Shown here: piece by piece, positions 19,201 to 29,557 of the stretch
Numbering within the stretch: the first letter of the stretch is position 1
How the letters are laid out: the number at the start of each line of letters is the position of its first letter
Assembly (NCBI GenBank): GCA_019423565.1
Contig: JAHZBE010000008.1
Coordinates: 15,093-79,092 of the forward strand
Direction: 5' to 3'
DNA: 64,000 nt
Source of the DNA: a bacterium
Lineage (GTDB): Bacteria; Bacillota_I; Bacilli_A; RF39; UBA660
Made by a program: the position numbers and the translations under genes
Notes under the pieces: model-generated
Seen by the model: the letters and a program-made list of their open reading frames with translations, nothing else
Databases searched by the model: none
What the model was told of the DNA's origin: nothing

Positions 19201-20688
19201 TTATTTAACTAATACTAAGTATATAATAGCAATAACTAATAAGATAATAGATGTATATATTATGTTTATAAATCCATTAGGTTTATATGACATTAAATTT
19301 ATATTACTATTTTTCTTTGCTTTTTCTTTTAAATTTCTTTTTTCACATAAGAGTGGATATATTTTTTCTTCTTTGTTTGACATTTTCATTTTTTCAATAT
19401 GTTCTTCTTTGTTTTTAGTTATTTCTCTTTTCTTTGCAAACTTAATAGCGGCTTCTTTTATTATTTCATTTTGACAAACATTGTGTCCACCTTCTACTAA
19501 AAGACTTGTTCTTCCTAATTTACTTTCTCTTTCTTGTTGTTTTCTTATATTATATTTTACTATATCAAATTCTCTTAAATCTTTATTTGGATTTTCTTTT
19601 TTCCATTCTTCAAGTGATTCATTATACTTTCTTTGTTCATCAAGCATATATTTATCACTATATTCTTCTTCATATTTTGCATGTGGTAATCCTTTTTCAT
19701 CAACATAAAATTCTGCTGGATTATTATTATCTAGTGTTCCATTATAAATAACACCTGTTACCATGTTATCATTTATTGTTGCTCTACCTGTAGTCGCACC
19801 TAAAAAGAAACCATTATTTTTAACAATTCTTTCAGGAAAAGCATTGCCCAAACTCGCAGCATTTTTACTACCAGCTGAATGACCTTCTACTTTTATATTG
19901 TCACTCATTTTTATTCCTTGTTTCCTTAAGTATGATATTGCATAATCACACATATTCATTTGCTGAAGCAAAACATCTTGTGATCTATTAAATTCAGAAA
20001 CAATTTGTTCATTTGTCATTTGATATTTAGGTTCTAATTTACTTTGCATTTTTATGAATGTTTCTATATTTGATTTTTGCACTCCATCTTCTATATATTC
20101 AGGATTGTATCCTACAAATCTTGGAATAATTGGCATTATTAATGGTATTTTACCATTATTAGCCATAGTAAATTGTAATGAACTAGGATCAAGTTGACAG
20201 GAAATAGTAAATTCTTCTACACTTTTATAATCAATCATACCATATGGTGTATTACAACTATGTAATAATAAATTATTCATTTGTGATTTATCTATTCCAT
20301 TAGGTATATATAGTATAAAAGGATAATTAAAGCCTCTTTCAATATCAGCATTTATTTTAATTAACTGACCATTTTTGCTTAATTCTTTTATTTTTTCATC
20401 AGTGTTCATTGTAACTAATTCAGTATTTTGTCTAAGTGCTAAAAAATCATTTTCTGTCTTTATATTACTATCATATTTACAAAATAATTCAAATATCCAA
20501 TTTTTTTCTTCATCAGTAAGTTTACTTCTTAACTCATTATATACTTTTACGAGTTTTTGATTATCATCTAAATTTGGAAACTTTTGATCAAGAAAGGAAC
20601 TTAAACTTTTTAAAGTTATATTTACATTAAGATTATTATATTTTTTTACATAAAATTTAAGTAATTCATCACGATAATTAGTAATCAT
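19201..20688 (-). CDS. tail-anchored protein with alpha/beta-hydrolase-like GHSAG motif
   Basis: Track ORF 19201..20709. I prefer the ATG at 20688 (AGGTGA upstream; TGTTATAAT -10 box at 20729..20721). GxSxG-type VEGHSAGSKN. Single C-terminal TM (FINIIYTSIILLVIAIIYLVLVK). Confidence 0.5.
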   Translation of the reverse strand: MITNYRDELLKFYVKKYNNLNVNITLKSLSSFLDQKFPNLDDNQKLVKVYNELRSKLTDEEKNWIFELFCKYDSNIKTENDFLALRQNTELVTMNTDEKIKELSKNGQLIKINADIERGFNYPFILYIPNGIDKSQMNNLLLHSCNTPYGMIDYKSVEEFTISCQLDPSSLQFTMANNGKIPLIMPIIPRFVGYNPEYIEDGVQKSNIETFIKMQSKLEPKYQMTNEQIVSEFNRSQDVLLQQMNMCDYAISYLRKQGIKMSDNIKVEGHSAGSKNAASLGNAFPERIVKNNGFFLGATTGRATINDNMVTGVIYNGTLDNNNPAEFYVDEKGLPHAKYEEEYSDKYMLDEQRKYNESLEEWKKENPNKDLREFDIVKYNIRKQQERESKLGRTSLLVEGGHNVCQNEIIKEAAIKFAKKREITKNKEEHIEKMKMSNKEEKIYPLLCEKRNLKEKAKKNSNINLMSYKPNGFINIIYTSIILLVIAIIYLVLVK

Positions 20689-20763
20689 CAGTAGCTTTTC
20701 ACCTACCATTCTTATAGTTTATTATAACATAAAAAAACTATAATTAAATTAATAATTACAGTT

Positions 20764-21900
20764 TTATAAAATCATTATTAATACTACTATTGCAAGAGCA
20801 ATAGCAATTATAGATAATAATACTATATTACTAAATCCCCATTTATTGTCAGGATTTTTTAAAGTCATTACCTGTTTATTTTCTTTTTTTAGTTCTATTT
20901 TTTCTGATAATATTCCTACTAATTTTTCATAGTATTCTCTTTCAAGAGGTGCAAGAGCAAGCATTGCATCTGGATTTTTATAATATTTTTTAAGATTTTC
21001 AGCAACTTCTTCTCTCTTTGCTGGTTCTATTCCTTCAGCATTTATTATATCTGGAATATCTTCAAATTCATTAAACTCATTAACGCTAGTATTATCAGTA
21101 GCATATGACTCACCATTATTTTCATTAGAAGATACATTATTATTTTCATTACTTATTTCTTGAGCTCTATAATTTGCTTCTTTTGGGCTTTGTACTTCAG
21201 CCTTTTGTTTTTCATCATTATATGCACCTTCAATAATTTTTCCATCTTTATCAAGCGCAACAATATCTTCCAAATTTACATATACAACTCCTAATTTTTC
21301 TTTGTTTTTCAAAATTTCATCTAAACATTTCTTCTTTTTTTCTTCTAAATTATCTATTTCTTTTTGATGATCATTTAAATCACCAATATAAATCATTTTA
21401 AGTTCTATATTTTTTTCTTTTAATTTTTCATTTAATATAGCAGTTGAATTTGCCTTATAATCATCTGATTGAAAATCCTCATTATTATTTTGTTCTTCTT
21501 TTAAAAACTCAACAAGAGTTCCATCACTTGGATTTTCAAGTAATCTTTTTCTACCAATTTTAGAATCATAAAAAGAAAATATTTCTTTACCACTATTTAA
21601 ATATTTATGTTCTATATCATTAATATCTACACCAAATGTTTTACTAATTACTTCTTCATTTGATTTTGCTTCCTTTAATTCCTTTTGATTTAAATAATCA
21701 TTTAAAATATTCATTCTAGTTTCATCACTAAAACTTCCTTTTAACTTATTGACCATTTCATTAAATTCTGAATCTGTTTTACACAAATTATTTACTTCAA
21801 GTATTGCTTTTTTTTCTTCTGCATTAAGTGTACTCAAATTAGGATTATTTAAAAACTTAATAAATAATTTTACATTTTTTTCTATTTCTTTATTCTCCAT
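20764..21900 (-). CDS. hypothetical tail-anchored protein, 378 aa
   Basis: No signal peptide. Single TM at the extreme C-terminus (FSNIVLLSIIAIALAIVVLIMIL). Acidic/Asn-rich linker. Confidence 0.5.
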   Translation of the reverse strand: MENKEIEKNVKLFIKFLNNPNLSTLNAEEKKAILEVNNLCKTDSEFNEMVNKLKGSFSDETRMNILNDYLNQKELKEAKSNEEVISKTFGVDINDIEHKYLNSGKEIFSFYDSKIGRKRLLENPSDGTLVEFLKEEQNNNEDFQSDDYKANSTAILNEKLKEKNIELKMIYIGDLNDHQKEIDNLEEKKKKCLDEILKNKEKLGVVYVNLEDIVALDKDGKIIEGAYNDEKQKAEVQSPKEANYRAQEISNENNNVSSNENNGESYATDNTSVNEFNEFEDIPDIINAEGIEPAKREEVAENLKKYYKNPDAMLALAPLEREYYEKLVGILSEKIELKKENKQVMTLKNPDNKWGFSNIVLLSIIAIALAIVVLIMIL

Positions 21901-21976
21901 AACTTACTCCTACCTTTATTTTATTATATCATCATTTAAAAAAATATGATATTATATTTTATAGGTGATTTACATT

Positions 21977-22279
21977 ATGAAAAAATTTACTATGAAAGAT
22001 GAAAAATTTATATGTGAAAATTGTGGTAAGGAAGTTTTACCACTTGGATATACTGCAAGAGATCATTGTAATTATTGCTTATATTCAAAACACTTAGATA
22101 TATTTCCTGGTGATAGAGAAAATACTTGCCTGGGAAAACTAAAACCTATTGGAATAGAAAAATTTAAAGATACATATAAGATAATTTATAAATGTGAAAA
22201 ATGTAATAAATTACATAAAAATATAATGGCTAAAGATGATAATTTTGATTTAATAATTGAGTTATCTAAAGCAGAATAA
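21977..22279 (+). CDS. RNHCP domain-containing zinc-ribbon protein
   Basis: Track ORF starts at a GTG at 21965. The ATG at 21977 has AGGTGA upstream. Motifs CENCG...ARDHCNYCLYSKH...YKCEKCNKLH. Confidence 0.65.
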   Translation: MKKFTMKDEKFICENCGKEVLPLGYTARDHCNYCLYSKHLDIFPGDRENTCLGKLKPIGIEKFKDTYKIIYKCEKCNKLHKNIMAKDDNFDLIIELSKAE

Positions 22280-22310
22280 AATGTTAGAAATAAAGTTAAT
22301 TTATTGTAAA

Positions 22311-22345
22311 AAAATTATGAAATTTTAAATTCATAATTTTTTTAT
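22311..22345. terminator. AT-rich hairpin between convergent genes (possible bidirectional terminator)
   Basis: AAAATTATGAA / TTCATAATTTT, an 11-bp stem followed by a T-run. It has only one G:C pair. Confidence 0.4.
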
Positions 22346-22426
22346 TATTTATTTTTAATCTTTCTATTATTTGAAAATTCATAATATTTTATTATTAAAA
22401 AATCCACAAAAGCTAATAACACTAAA

Positions 22427-23224
22427 TCAATAATTGTTCCTATATATACAATTATACTCCATGATAATATATTTATTTCCTTTATTTCTTATTTTTTCTA
22501 TTTTTTCTTTAGTATCATCTAATTCATAGTTGAATCTATCAATTAATTTATTTACATAGTTATTTTCTTTAATATAAAGCAGACTTTCTTTAAAATATAA
22601 TCCATATATAAATGCAATATAAGAAATCCATATATCAGCAGGTGTTTTTCTATCTTTACTTAATATAGTTTTTTCATTCATAAAATCATTAAAAATATTA
22701 TCTGATATTAATGAATTTTCAATTTCCTCCTGTGTTATATTTGCCATCGTATAAATATCATCTTCATACTTTGCTCTAAAAGAATCTAATTTGTCAGCAT
22801 CTCTTATTATTTTTGAATGCAATATTTGCACCTTATTCATATTATCAAAATCAACTATATACTTACTATGATTAGATATTGCTATCTTTATAATATCATC
22901 ATATTTATTATCTTTAACAAATTCTCTTATTAAATTATTTTCAAATAACAATTTAACTCCTAGTGTAGCATGATCATACTTATTTATATCTTCTCTAAAA
23001 CTTTTTAATTCCTTTGCTTGATCAAATCTTCCAATATCATGTAAAAGGGCAATTATAAGAGCAATTTCTTTATTTTCATTATCTATGTTCATTTTATCAC
23101 ATAAATATCTAGCATTATCAACCACATGAAATGTATGATTTAATTTATGCTTTATTTTTTCATCATTTAAATCATAACTATTATTAATAAAATTTATAAA
23201 TCTATCTTTTGCATATTCGAACAT
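22427..23224 (-). CDS. HD-domain phosphohydrolase
   Basis: HTFHVVDNARYL...IALIIALLHDIGRFDQ (H...HD motif). Confidence 0.75.
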   Translation of the reverse strand: MFEYAKDRFINFINNSYDLNDEKIKHKLNHTFHVVDNARYLCDKMNIDNENKEIALIIALLHDIGRFDQAKELKSFREDINKYDHATLGVKLLFENNLIREFVKDNKYDDIIKIAISNHSKYIVDFDNMNKVQILHSKIIRDADKLDSFRAKYEDDIYTMANITQEEIENSLISDNIFNDFMNEKTILSKDRKTPADIWISYIAFIYGLYFKESLLYIKENNYVNKLIDRFNYELDDTKEKIEKIRNKGNKYIIMEYNCIYRNNY

Positions 23225-23367
23225 ATAATAATCCTCTCAATTTACAATTTTTCATCTATAGGTATTTTCCTATAAAGGTATTATATCATAAAATATACAA
23301 TATTTTTTTAAATATAAATTTAATAAAAATATTAATATTTAAAAAAAACTTTTTTAGAGGTATTTTT

Positions 23368-23718
23368 TTAATTTTTTGGTTTAAATATCATAGTAAATAT
23401 AAATGCAAATATTATAGTAGCAGTTATACCTGTTGCGGTTAAAGAAAACATTCCTGTAAATAAACCTAAAAGTCCATCAACTTTTGCTTTAGCAAGTGCT
23501 CCATGAATTAATAAGTGTCCAAAACTAGTAATGCATACAATTGCTCCTGCACCAAATTTATCTACAAATAAATCATATATTGAAAATGTATCTAGAGCTG
23601 CTCCTATTACTACAAATAAACTTGTAATATGTCCTGGTAATAATTTAGTATTGTCAAGTATTATTTGACCTATTAAACATACTATTCCTGCAAATAAAAA
23701 TGAATAAATAAATTCCAT
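23368..23718 (-). CDS. spoVAE: stage V sporulation protein AE (SpoVAEb-type)
   Basis: 116 aa membrane protein: FLFAGIVCLIGQIILDNTKLLPGHITSLFVV...GAGAIVCITSFG. Confidence 0.85.
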   Translation of the reverse strand: MEFIYSFLFAGIVCLIGQIILDNTKLLPGHITSLFVVIGAALDTFSIYDLFVDKFGAGAIVCITSFGHLLIHGALAKAKVDGLLGLFTGMFSLTATGITATIIFAFIFTMIFKPKN

Positions 23719-23719
23719 A

Positions 23720-24706
23720 TTATATTACCTCCAAACATACAGCATGACTTACTGATGGTATACTAAATTTTTGATTACAAGTTGTTGGACTCATAAGTGC
23801 ACCTGTTGCGATTAATAAAACTTTTTTTATTATTCTTTGCTTCATTTTAGGAATAATACTAGAGTATACAACTAGTGGCATACAAGATGGACCTGATCCA
23901 CCTGCATATATATTTTCTTTATAATCATATATCATAGTTGCAGTGTCATCATAATTCTTATCTAATTTTATATTGTATTCTTTTTCACATATTTCTTTAA
24001 ATATATCTTTACCATAAACACCTAAATCTCCAGTTAAAATTAAATCGTAGTCACTTACTTTTGTCTTAGTTTGCTTTAAGTGTTCATTTAATGTGTATGC
24101 TGCGCTTGGACTCATAACTGCGCCCATATCAAATACATTATCTACTCCCATATCTATTACTTTACCAATAGTTGCGCTAGTTACTTTTATATCTGTTTTA
24201 GCATTTGTAAGCATTAATGATGCTGCTCCTGTTACAGTAAATGTAGTTGTTTTTGGTTTTGGCGCACCATACTCAACTGGATTTCTAAATTGCCTTTCAC
24301 TTGTCATATTGTGTGAAGATGTTGTACATATTGCTTTCTTATTTTTTTCATTTTCTAAAATAGATGCTGCGATTAATATTTCTTCACAAACAGATGCACA
24401 AGCATTATATACTCCTAAAAAAGGAATATTAAGATTTGAATATACAAAATTGGATATTGTAAGTTGATTCATTAAATCGGCACTTATTCCAAAAGAAATA
24501 TCTTCTTCATTATATTTAGTTTTATCAAGTAAAATTTTAATAGACTCTTTTAGTTCCTTCATTTCACATTTTTCAAATGTTTTTTCTCCATCATAAAAGT
24601 CAGTAAACTTTTTATCAAAATTATCTTTTAATGGTCCTTCTATTACAAATGGACCTGCAACTGTGCTTACATTTTCTACATATACATTATTAAATTTTAT
24701 AGTCAT
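23720..24706 (-). CDS. spoVAD: stage V sporulation protein AD
   Basis: 328 aa thiolase-like protein: VSTVAGPFVIEGPLKDNFDKKF..., sitting between spoVAC and spoVAE. Confidence 0.88.
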   Translation of the reverse strand: MTIKFNNVYVENVSTVAGPFVIEGPLKDNFDKKFTDFYDGEKTFEKCEMKELKESIKILLDKTKYNEEDISFGISADLMNQLTISNFVYSNLNIPFLGVYNACASVCEEILIAASILENEKNKKAICTTSSHNMTSERQFRNPVEYGAPKPKTTTFTVTGAASLMLTNAKTDIKVTSATIGKVIDMGVDNVFDMGAVMSPSAAYTLNEHLKQTKTKVSDYDLILTGDLGVYGKDIFKEICEKEYNIKLDKNYDDTATMIYDYKENIYAGGSGPSCMPLVVYSSIIPKMKQRIIKKVLLIATGALMSPTTCNQKFSIPSVSHAVCLEVI

Positions 24707-24709
24707 TTT

Positions 24710-25150
24710 CTAACCTCCAAAAAATACGAATCTAATTATTCCAAATACATATGCTGCGACTACTCCATAAAGAATAACACTACCTGATAATTTAAAAATA
24801 TTAGATCCTATTCCCATTACAAGTCCTTCATGTTTATATTCAAGTGCACTTGATGTTGTCGCATGTGCAAATCCACTTATTGGGATAAATAATCCTGCTC
24901 CTGCTTTTGATACCCAGTTATCAAAAAATCCAAGTGCTGTAAATAAACATGCTAGAAATATTATTGTAACCATCATTAAACTTACCGCCACACTTTGACT
25001 TACTCCATCAATCATTAAATACACTTTTATTAATACTTCACCAATTAATCCAACAAGTCCACCAACTAAAAATGCTATAATCATATTTTTTACTTTGTTT
25101 TCTTTTGGACTATGTTTGTCTACTATTTTTTTGTATTCTTGTTTGTTCAT
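24710..25150 (-). CDS. spoVAC: stage V sporulation protein AC
   Basis: 146 aa: KHSPKENKVKNMIIAFLVGGLVGLIGEVL..., a 4-TM protein. Confidence 0.88.
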   Translation of the reverse strand: MNKQEYKKIVDKHSPKENKVKNMIIAFLVGGLVGLIGEVLIKVYLMIDGVSQSVAVSLMMVTIIFLACLFTALGFFDNWVSKAGAGLFIPISGFAHATTSSALEYKHEGLVMGIGSNIFKLSGSVILYGVVAAYVFGIIRFVFFGG

Positions 25151-25192
25151 ATTTTTTCACCATTTGTATTATTAACAAAAAAAATTTTTTTA

Positions 25193-25230
25193 TACAAAAA
25201 AAAGGATAAACTTATGCACATAGTTTATCC
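25193..25230 (-). terminator. rho-independent terminator overlapping the 3' end of the sigF-like gene
   Basis: Minus strand GGATAAACT-(9 nt)-AGTTTATCC followed by T8-10. The stem includes the last codons and stop of the sigma gene. Confidence 0.65.
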
Positions 25231-25874
25231 GATAAATCATCTAATATTTTTCTTTCTAGTCTATATACTTTTACTTGACTAATATTATTTTCTTTTGCGA
25301 TTTCTGTTTGTGTTTTACCTTCATAATATCTTTGGTATATTAATTTTTGATCTTCTTTTTTCAAATTACTTAATGCTTCTTTTAAACTTATTAAATCTAT
25401 TTTATCTAATTTTTCTTCACTTGCAATTACATCTTTTATAGATATATTATCATTATCTTCATTTACACTTTCATCTATACTTTGTACATTTTGATTTAAA
25501 TTTAAAACTTCTAATACTTTACTTTTTTCTTCATTAACTATCATGCACAAAATATCTAAACTAGGATATTCTCCTTTACTTTTAAAATAATGATCTTTTG
25601 CTATATCTACTTTTTTCTTTAATTTAAAAATATCTCTACTTATTTTAATATTCTTGTCTTCTCTCAAATACTTTAATACTTCACCTAATATATATTTTTC
25701 ACAAAATGTTGAAAATTTTATTCCAAGCGTAGGATCAAAATTATTTGCTGCCTTTATAACTCCCATTTTACCAGCCTGCATTAAATCTTCTCTATTATAA
25801 CTACTTGCGTACTTATTAACGATAAAAGATACTTTATTTTCCATCTCTACAGCTAGTTCATTTGTTAAAATCAT
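25212..25874 (-). CDS. sigF: sporulation sigma factor, SigF-like (220 aa)
   Basis: Sigma-70 regions 2-4 (FDPTLGIKFSTFCEKYILGEVLKYLRED; YQRYYEGKTQTEIAKENNISQVKVYRLERKIL). Lies after a STAS gene and before spoVAC/D/E. Assigned to F rather than G or B by context only. Confidence 0.75.
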   Translation of the reverse strand: MILTNELAVEMENKVSFIVNKYASSYNREDLMQAGKMGVIKAANNFDPTLGIKFSTFCEKYILGEVLKYLREDKNIKISRDIFKLKKKVDIAKDHYFKSKGEYPSLDILCMIVNEEKSKVLEVLNLNQNVQSIDESVNEDNDNISIKDVIASEEKLDKIDLISLKEALSNLKKEDQKLIYQRYYEGKTQTEIAKENNISQVKVYRLERKILDDLSDKLCA

Positions 25875-26188
25875 ATACTTAAAAGTTTAAGTGCTGATAA
25901 TTCATCAGATACATATTCTAAATCATAAGCACTCATTTCATCACCACATATAAGCATTCTTCCATCGTTTTCTTCTAATACTCTTTTACATCTTTCAAAT
26001 AATGGTACATTACCTTTAATAATTAAATTACTCGTATTAAAAACAATAAATCTAATTCCACCATCTCTTATTATTTCAAAAACCTTTTCTTCTACATCAA
26101 AAGAACTTATTTCATTTAGTAAACCTGTTAATCTAACAAATAAAACTCCTCTTGTAAATTCAATATTTACATCTACCATTTTTTTCAT
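25871..26188 (-). CDS. STAS-domain anti-sigma-factor antagonist-like protein (SpoIIAA-like, atypical)
   Basis: 105 aa; VNIEFTRGVLFVRLTGLLNE...IRFIVFNTSNL... aligns by hand to SpoIIAA. No DSSG phospho-serine motif. Confidence 0.65.
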   Translation of the reverse strand: MKKMVDVNIEFTRGVLFVRLTGLLNEISSFDVEEKVFEIIRDGGIRFIVFNTSNLIIKGNVPLFERCKRVLEENDGRMLICGDEMSAYDLEYVSDELSALKLLSI

Positions 26189-26379
26189 CCCTCTTCTTTC
26201 ATAAATATTAAAGCACTAATAATATACCTTTTAAATACTTTAGACAAAACATTACAAAATTCGACTTAACTTTTTTTCGAGCATTTTTGCTCTCATATAT
26301 TATTTACTCCGTTTATACCCAAAATTCCCCTATACTTATCAAATTTTTTATGATATATTTAAAAATGAAAGGAGAAAAT

Positions 26380-26877
26380 ATGAAAAAGGGTTTAAAAATT
26401 TTATTTATTTCACTATTTGTAATTTTAATTTCAGGTTGTGGTAATGAAAAAACTAATGTTAATACAAATAAGGATACAGCTAAAGAAACTATAAACACTT
26501 GTACTTTAAGTTCTGATCAATCTTCTAATGGATATACACTATCTTCAAATTATGAAATTCATTCAAAAGATGGACTAGTTAATAGCGTTACAACTAAAGA
26601 AACAGTTGAATCAGATAATGAACAAGTAAGATCTTATTTCAAAAAGACATTAGAAGATTCTTATAATACTGCAAATGAAAGTTATGGTGGTTATACTTAT
26701 AATGTCACAGAAGATGGAAATAAAGTTATTTCTGATGTAACAATCGATTATTCTAAAATGGATTTAGAAAAATTTGTTAATGACAATTCACAAATGAAAT
26801 CTTACATAAAAAATAATAAAATATCTTTAGATGGAATGAAAAAAATATATGAAGCTTTAGGAGCAACTTGTAATTAG
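26380..26877 (+). CDS. lipoprotein, YehR/DUF1307-like
   Basis: Track ORF starts at 26287. The ATG at 26380 follows AAAGGAGAA. Signal MKKGLKILFISLFVILISGC. The rest resembles DUF1307 lipoproteins (weak, from memory). Confidence 0.55.
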   Translation: MKKGLKILFISLFVILISGCGNEKTNVNTNKDTAKETINTCTLSSDQSSNGYTLSSNYEIHSKDGLVNSVTTKETVESDNEQVRSYFKKTLEDSYNTANESYGGYTYNVTEDGNKVISDVTIDYSKMDLEKFVNDNSQMKSYIKNNKISLDGMKKIYEALGATCN

Positions 26878-26903
26878 ACTATACTATTTAGTATAGTTTT
26901 TTC
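26878..26903 (+). terminator. rho-independent terminator
   Basis: ACTATACT-ATTT-AGTATAGT followed by TTTTTT. Confidence 0.7.
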
Positions 26904-26959
26904 TTTTATTTAGTGATATACTTAAAGTATGTAATATAGAAAAATAGGAGAAAAAAAAG

Positions 26960-29527
26960 ATGTATAGTAAAAATATTAATGATGTTTATAAAGAATTAAA
27001 TACAAGTGAAAAAGGATTAACTATAAATGAAGTTAATAAAAGATTAAATATATATGATAAAAATATAATAAAGGAAAAGAAAAAAGAAAATATTTTCTTA
27101 AGATTTTTAAAACAATTTAAAGATATAATGATTATTATTCTTTTAGTAGTCGCACTACTCCTTTATATATATGGAGTACTATATTCTCATGAATATACAG
27201 ATACGATAGTAATATTAGTTGTTGTTTTTATAAATGCAATTACTGGTTTTATTCAAGAAGAAAAAGCAAATTCTGTTATTGATGGACTAAAAAAATATGA
27301 AGCTTCAACTTGTAAAGTAAAAAGAAATGGTAAAATTGATATTGCTGATACAAGTACTTTAGTTCCTGGTGATATTATATTTTTAGAAGCTGGTGATATG
27401 GTACCTGCAGATTCTAGAATAATTACATGTGAAAACCTAAAAGTTGATGAATCACCTTTAACAGGTGAAAGTATTCCAGTTATTAAAACAAATGAAACAT
27501 TAAATAATAATTTAATAATTCAAGATCAAAAAAACATGATTTTCTTGTCATCAAACATAACAAATGGTAAATGCATGGCAGTTGTTATAAATACTGGTAT
27601 GAATACAGAAATAGGAAAAATAGCTTCTTCATTAAATAAAATATCAAATATTGAGACACCTCTTCAAATAAAAATAAAAGAAATAAGTAAAAATCTAACA
27701 ATAATTGTATTTATAATAATGATTTTTATATTTATATTAGCGCTTTTTAATCACTACTCATTTCTAGAAATAATAATGCTTTGTTCTTCACTTGCGGTTG
27801 CGGCTATTCCAGAAGGATTACCTGCGGTTATAACTATTTCATTATCTATTGGTATATCTAATCTTGCGAAAAAGAAAACGATAGTAAAACAAATGCAAGC
27901 AGTTGAAACACTAGGTTCTGTTGATATTATTTGTTCAGATAAAACAGGAACAATTACACAAAATAAAATGACTGTAAAAGAAGAAGTTATTTATGATAAA
28001 GAAATGTTAAATTATATATGTGCACTTTGTAATGAAGGATTAATAATAAATAATGAATATAAAGGTGACCCTACTGAAACATCATTATATGGATATTTAT
28101 ATAAAAATAATATTGATGCGTTAAAAATTAGAAAAGAAAATAAAAGAATAATAGATGCTCCTTTTGATAGTGAAAGAAAATTATCTACTACAATTAATAA
28201 AATTGGTGATAAAACTTATTTATTATGTAAAGGTAGTATCGATAATTTACTTAATAAATGTGAATATATAAATAATATAAAAATAACTAATAAAGATATA
28301 AATGATATTAAAGATAGTGAAAAGAAACTTGCTAGTAAAGCACTTAGAGTATTAGGATTTGCATATAAAGAAATTAATGATATTCCACAAAATTCTACTG
28401 AAGTAATTAATGAAGAAAACAATCTTAATTTTGCTGGTTTACTTGGGATGATTGATCCACCAAGAGATACTGTTATAAAAAGTGTTGAAATGTGTAAAAA
28501 TGCAGGTATTAGACCAATAATGATTACAGGTGATTCACTAGATACTGCAAGTGCTATTGCTAAAGAAATAGGAATTATAGATAACGATAATGAGGGAATA
28601 CTTGGTAATGCTCTTGATAATTATACTGATGAAGAACTTGAACAAATAGTTAAAAATTATTCTGTTTATGCAAGAGTTAATCCAGAACACAAAGAAAGAA
28701 TTGTTAAAGCTTGGCAAAAAAATGGTAAAGTTGTTGCTATGACAGGAGATGGTGTTAATGATGCTCCTGCTATTAAAGATGCACATGTTGGTGTTGGTAT
28801 GGGAATAACTGGTACAGATGTAACAAAATCAGCTTCTGATATAGTACTTATGGATGATTCATTCTCAACAATAATAATTGCTGTTGAAGAAGGAAGAAGA
28901 ATATATAATAACATTAGAAATAATATTGTTTACTCATTATCTAGTAATTTTGCTGAAATATTTACAATAATTATTGGATTACTTTCTGGTAACACTATAC
29001 TTTTACCAATATATATATTATTTATTGATTTAGTAACTGATTCTGTTCCAAGCATATGTTTAGCATTTGAAAAAAGTGAAAAAAATATTATGAGTCAAAA
29101 ACCAAGAGGTCTTAACAAATCATTATTTACACCATTTATAAAATCTTGCTTTATATCATCAGCAATTATCGAAACATTATTTGTTTGTTTAACTTACTTT
29201 ATATCTTTAAAATTATATAATAATGAAATTGCAATGAGTCTTGCCCTTTTATCTATGGTTGTGCAAGAAATTATTTATTCTATATCTTGTAGAAATTTAA
29301 AAGAACCAGTATTCAAGCAAGGACTATTTTCTAATAAAGCAATGAATATTGGACTAGCTATAATATTATTAATTGAACTTCTAGTATTTATGACTCCTCT
29401 TGGTAAAATAATAAGTGTTGAAAGTATTAAACCAAGTTTAGTATTAATTATATTTTTAATAAATAGTTCTTCATTTATAATTTATGAACTGTTAAAACCA
29501 TTACTAAAAAAAGTATTTAAAGACTAA
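26960..29527 (+). CDS. calcium-translocating P-type ATPase (PMCA/SERCA-like, type IIA)
   Basis: 855 aa. Motifs [41 protein letters not shown], and about 10 TM helices. Confidence 0.9.
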   Translation: MYSKNINDVYKELNTSEKGLTINEVNKRLNIYDKNIIKEKKKENIFLRFLKQFKDIMIIILLVVALLLYIYGVLYSHEYTDTIVILVVVFINAITGFIQEEKANSVIDGLKKYEASTCKVKRNGKIDIADTSTLVPGDIIFLEAGDMVPADSRIITCENLKVDESPLTGESIPVIKTNETLNNNLIIQDQKNMIFLSSNITNGKCMAVVINTGMNTEIGKIASSLNKISNIETPLQIKIKEISKNLTIIVFIIMIFIFILALFNHYSFLEIIMLCSSLAVAAIPEGLPAVITISLSIGISNLAKKKTIVKQMQAVETLGSVDIICSDKTGTITQNKMTVKEEVIYDKEMLNYICALCNEGLIINNEYKGDPTETSLYGYLYKNNIDALKIRKENKRIIDAPFDSERKLSTTINKIGDKTYLLCKGSIDNLLNKCEYINNIKITNKDINDIKDSEKKLASKALRVLGFAYKEINDIPQNSTEVINEENNLNFAGLLGMIDPPRDTVIKSVEMCKNAGIRPIMITGDSLDTASAIAKEIGIIDNDNEGILGNALDNYTDEELEQIVKNYSVYARVNPEHKERIVKAWQKNGKVVAMTGDGVNDAPAIKDAHVGVGMGITGTDVTKSASDIVLMDDSFSTIIIAVEEGRRIYNNIRNNIVYSLSSNFAEIFTIIIGLLSGNTILLPIYILFIDLVTDSVPSICLAFEKSEKNIMSQKPRGLNKSLFTPFIKSCFISSAIIETLFVCLTYFISLKLYNNEIAMSLALLSMVVQEIIYSISCRNLKEPVFKQGLFSNKAMNIGLAIILLIELLVFMTPLGKIISVESIKPSLVLIIFLINSSSFIIYELLKPLLKKVFKD

Positions 29528-29557
29528 ATAGTGTACTTAGAGTATACTATTTTTTTG
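29528..29557 (+). terminator. rho-independent terminator
   Basis: ATAGTGTAC-TTAGA-GTATACTAT (one G:U pair) followed by T7. Confidence 0.7.

Noticed and set aside
25900-26400. Divergent strand switch: almost all genes left of about 26.2 kb are on the minus strand and most genes to the right are on the plus strand. This is the pattern expected at a replication origin.
   Set aside because: There is no dnaA/dnaN and no cluster of DnaA boxes (TTATCCACA) in the 26189..26379 gap, and the gap is short. An old inversion or rearrangement breakpoint is equally possible. Only a genome-wide GC-skew plot could decide.
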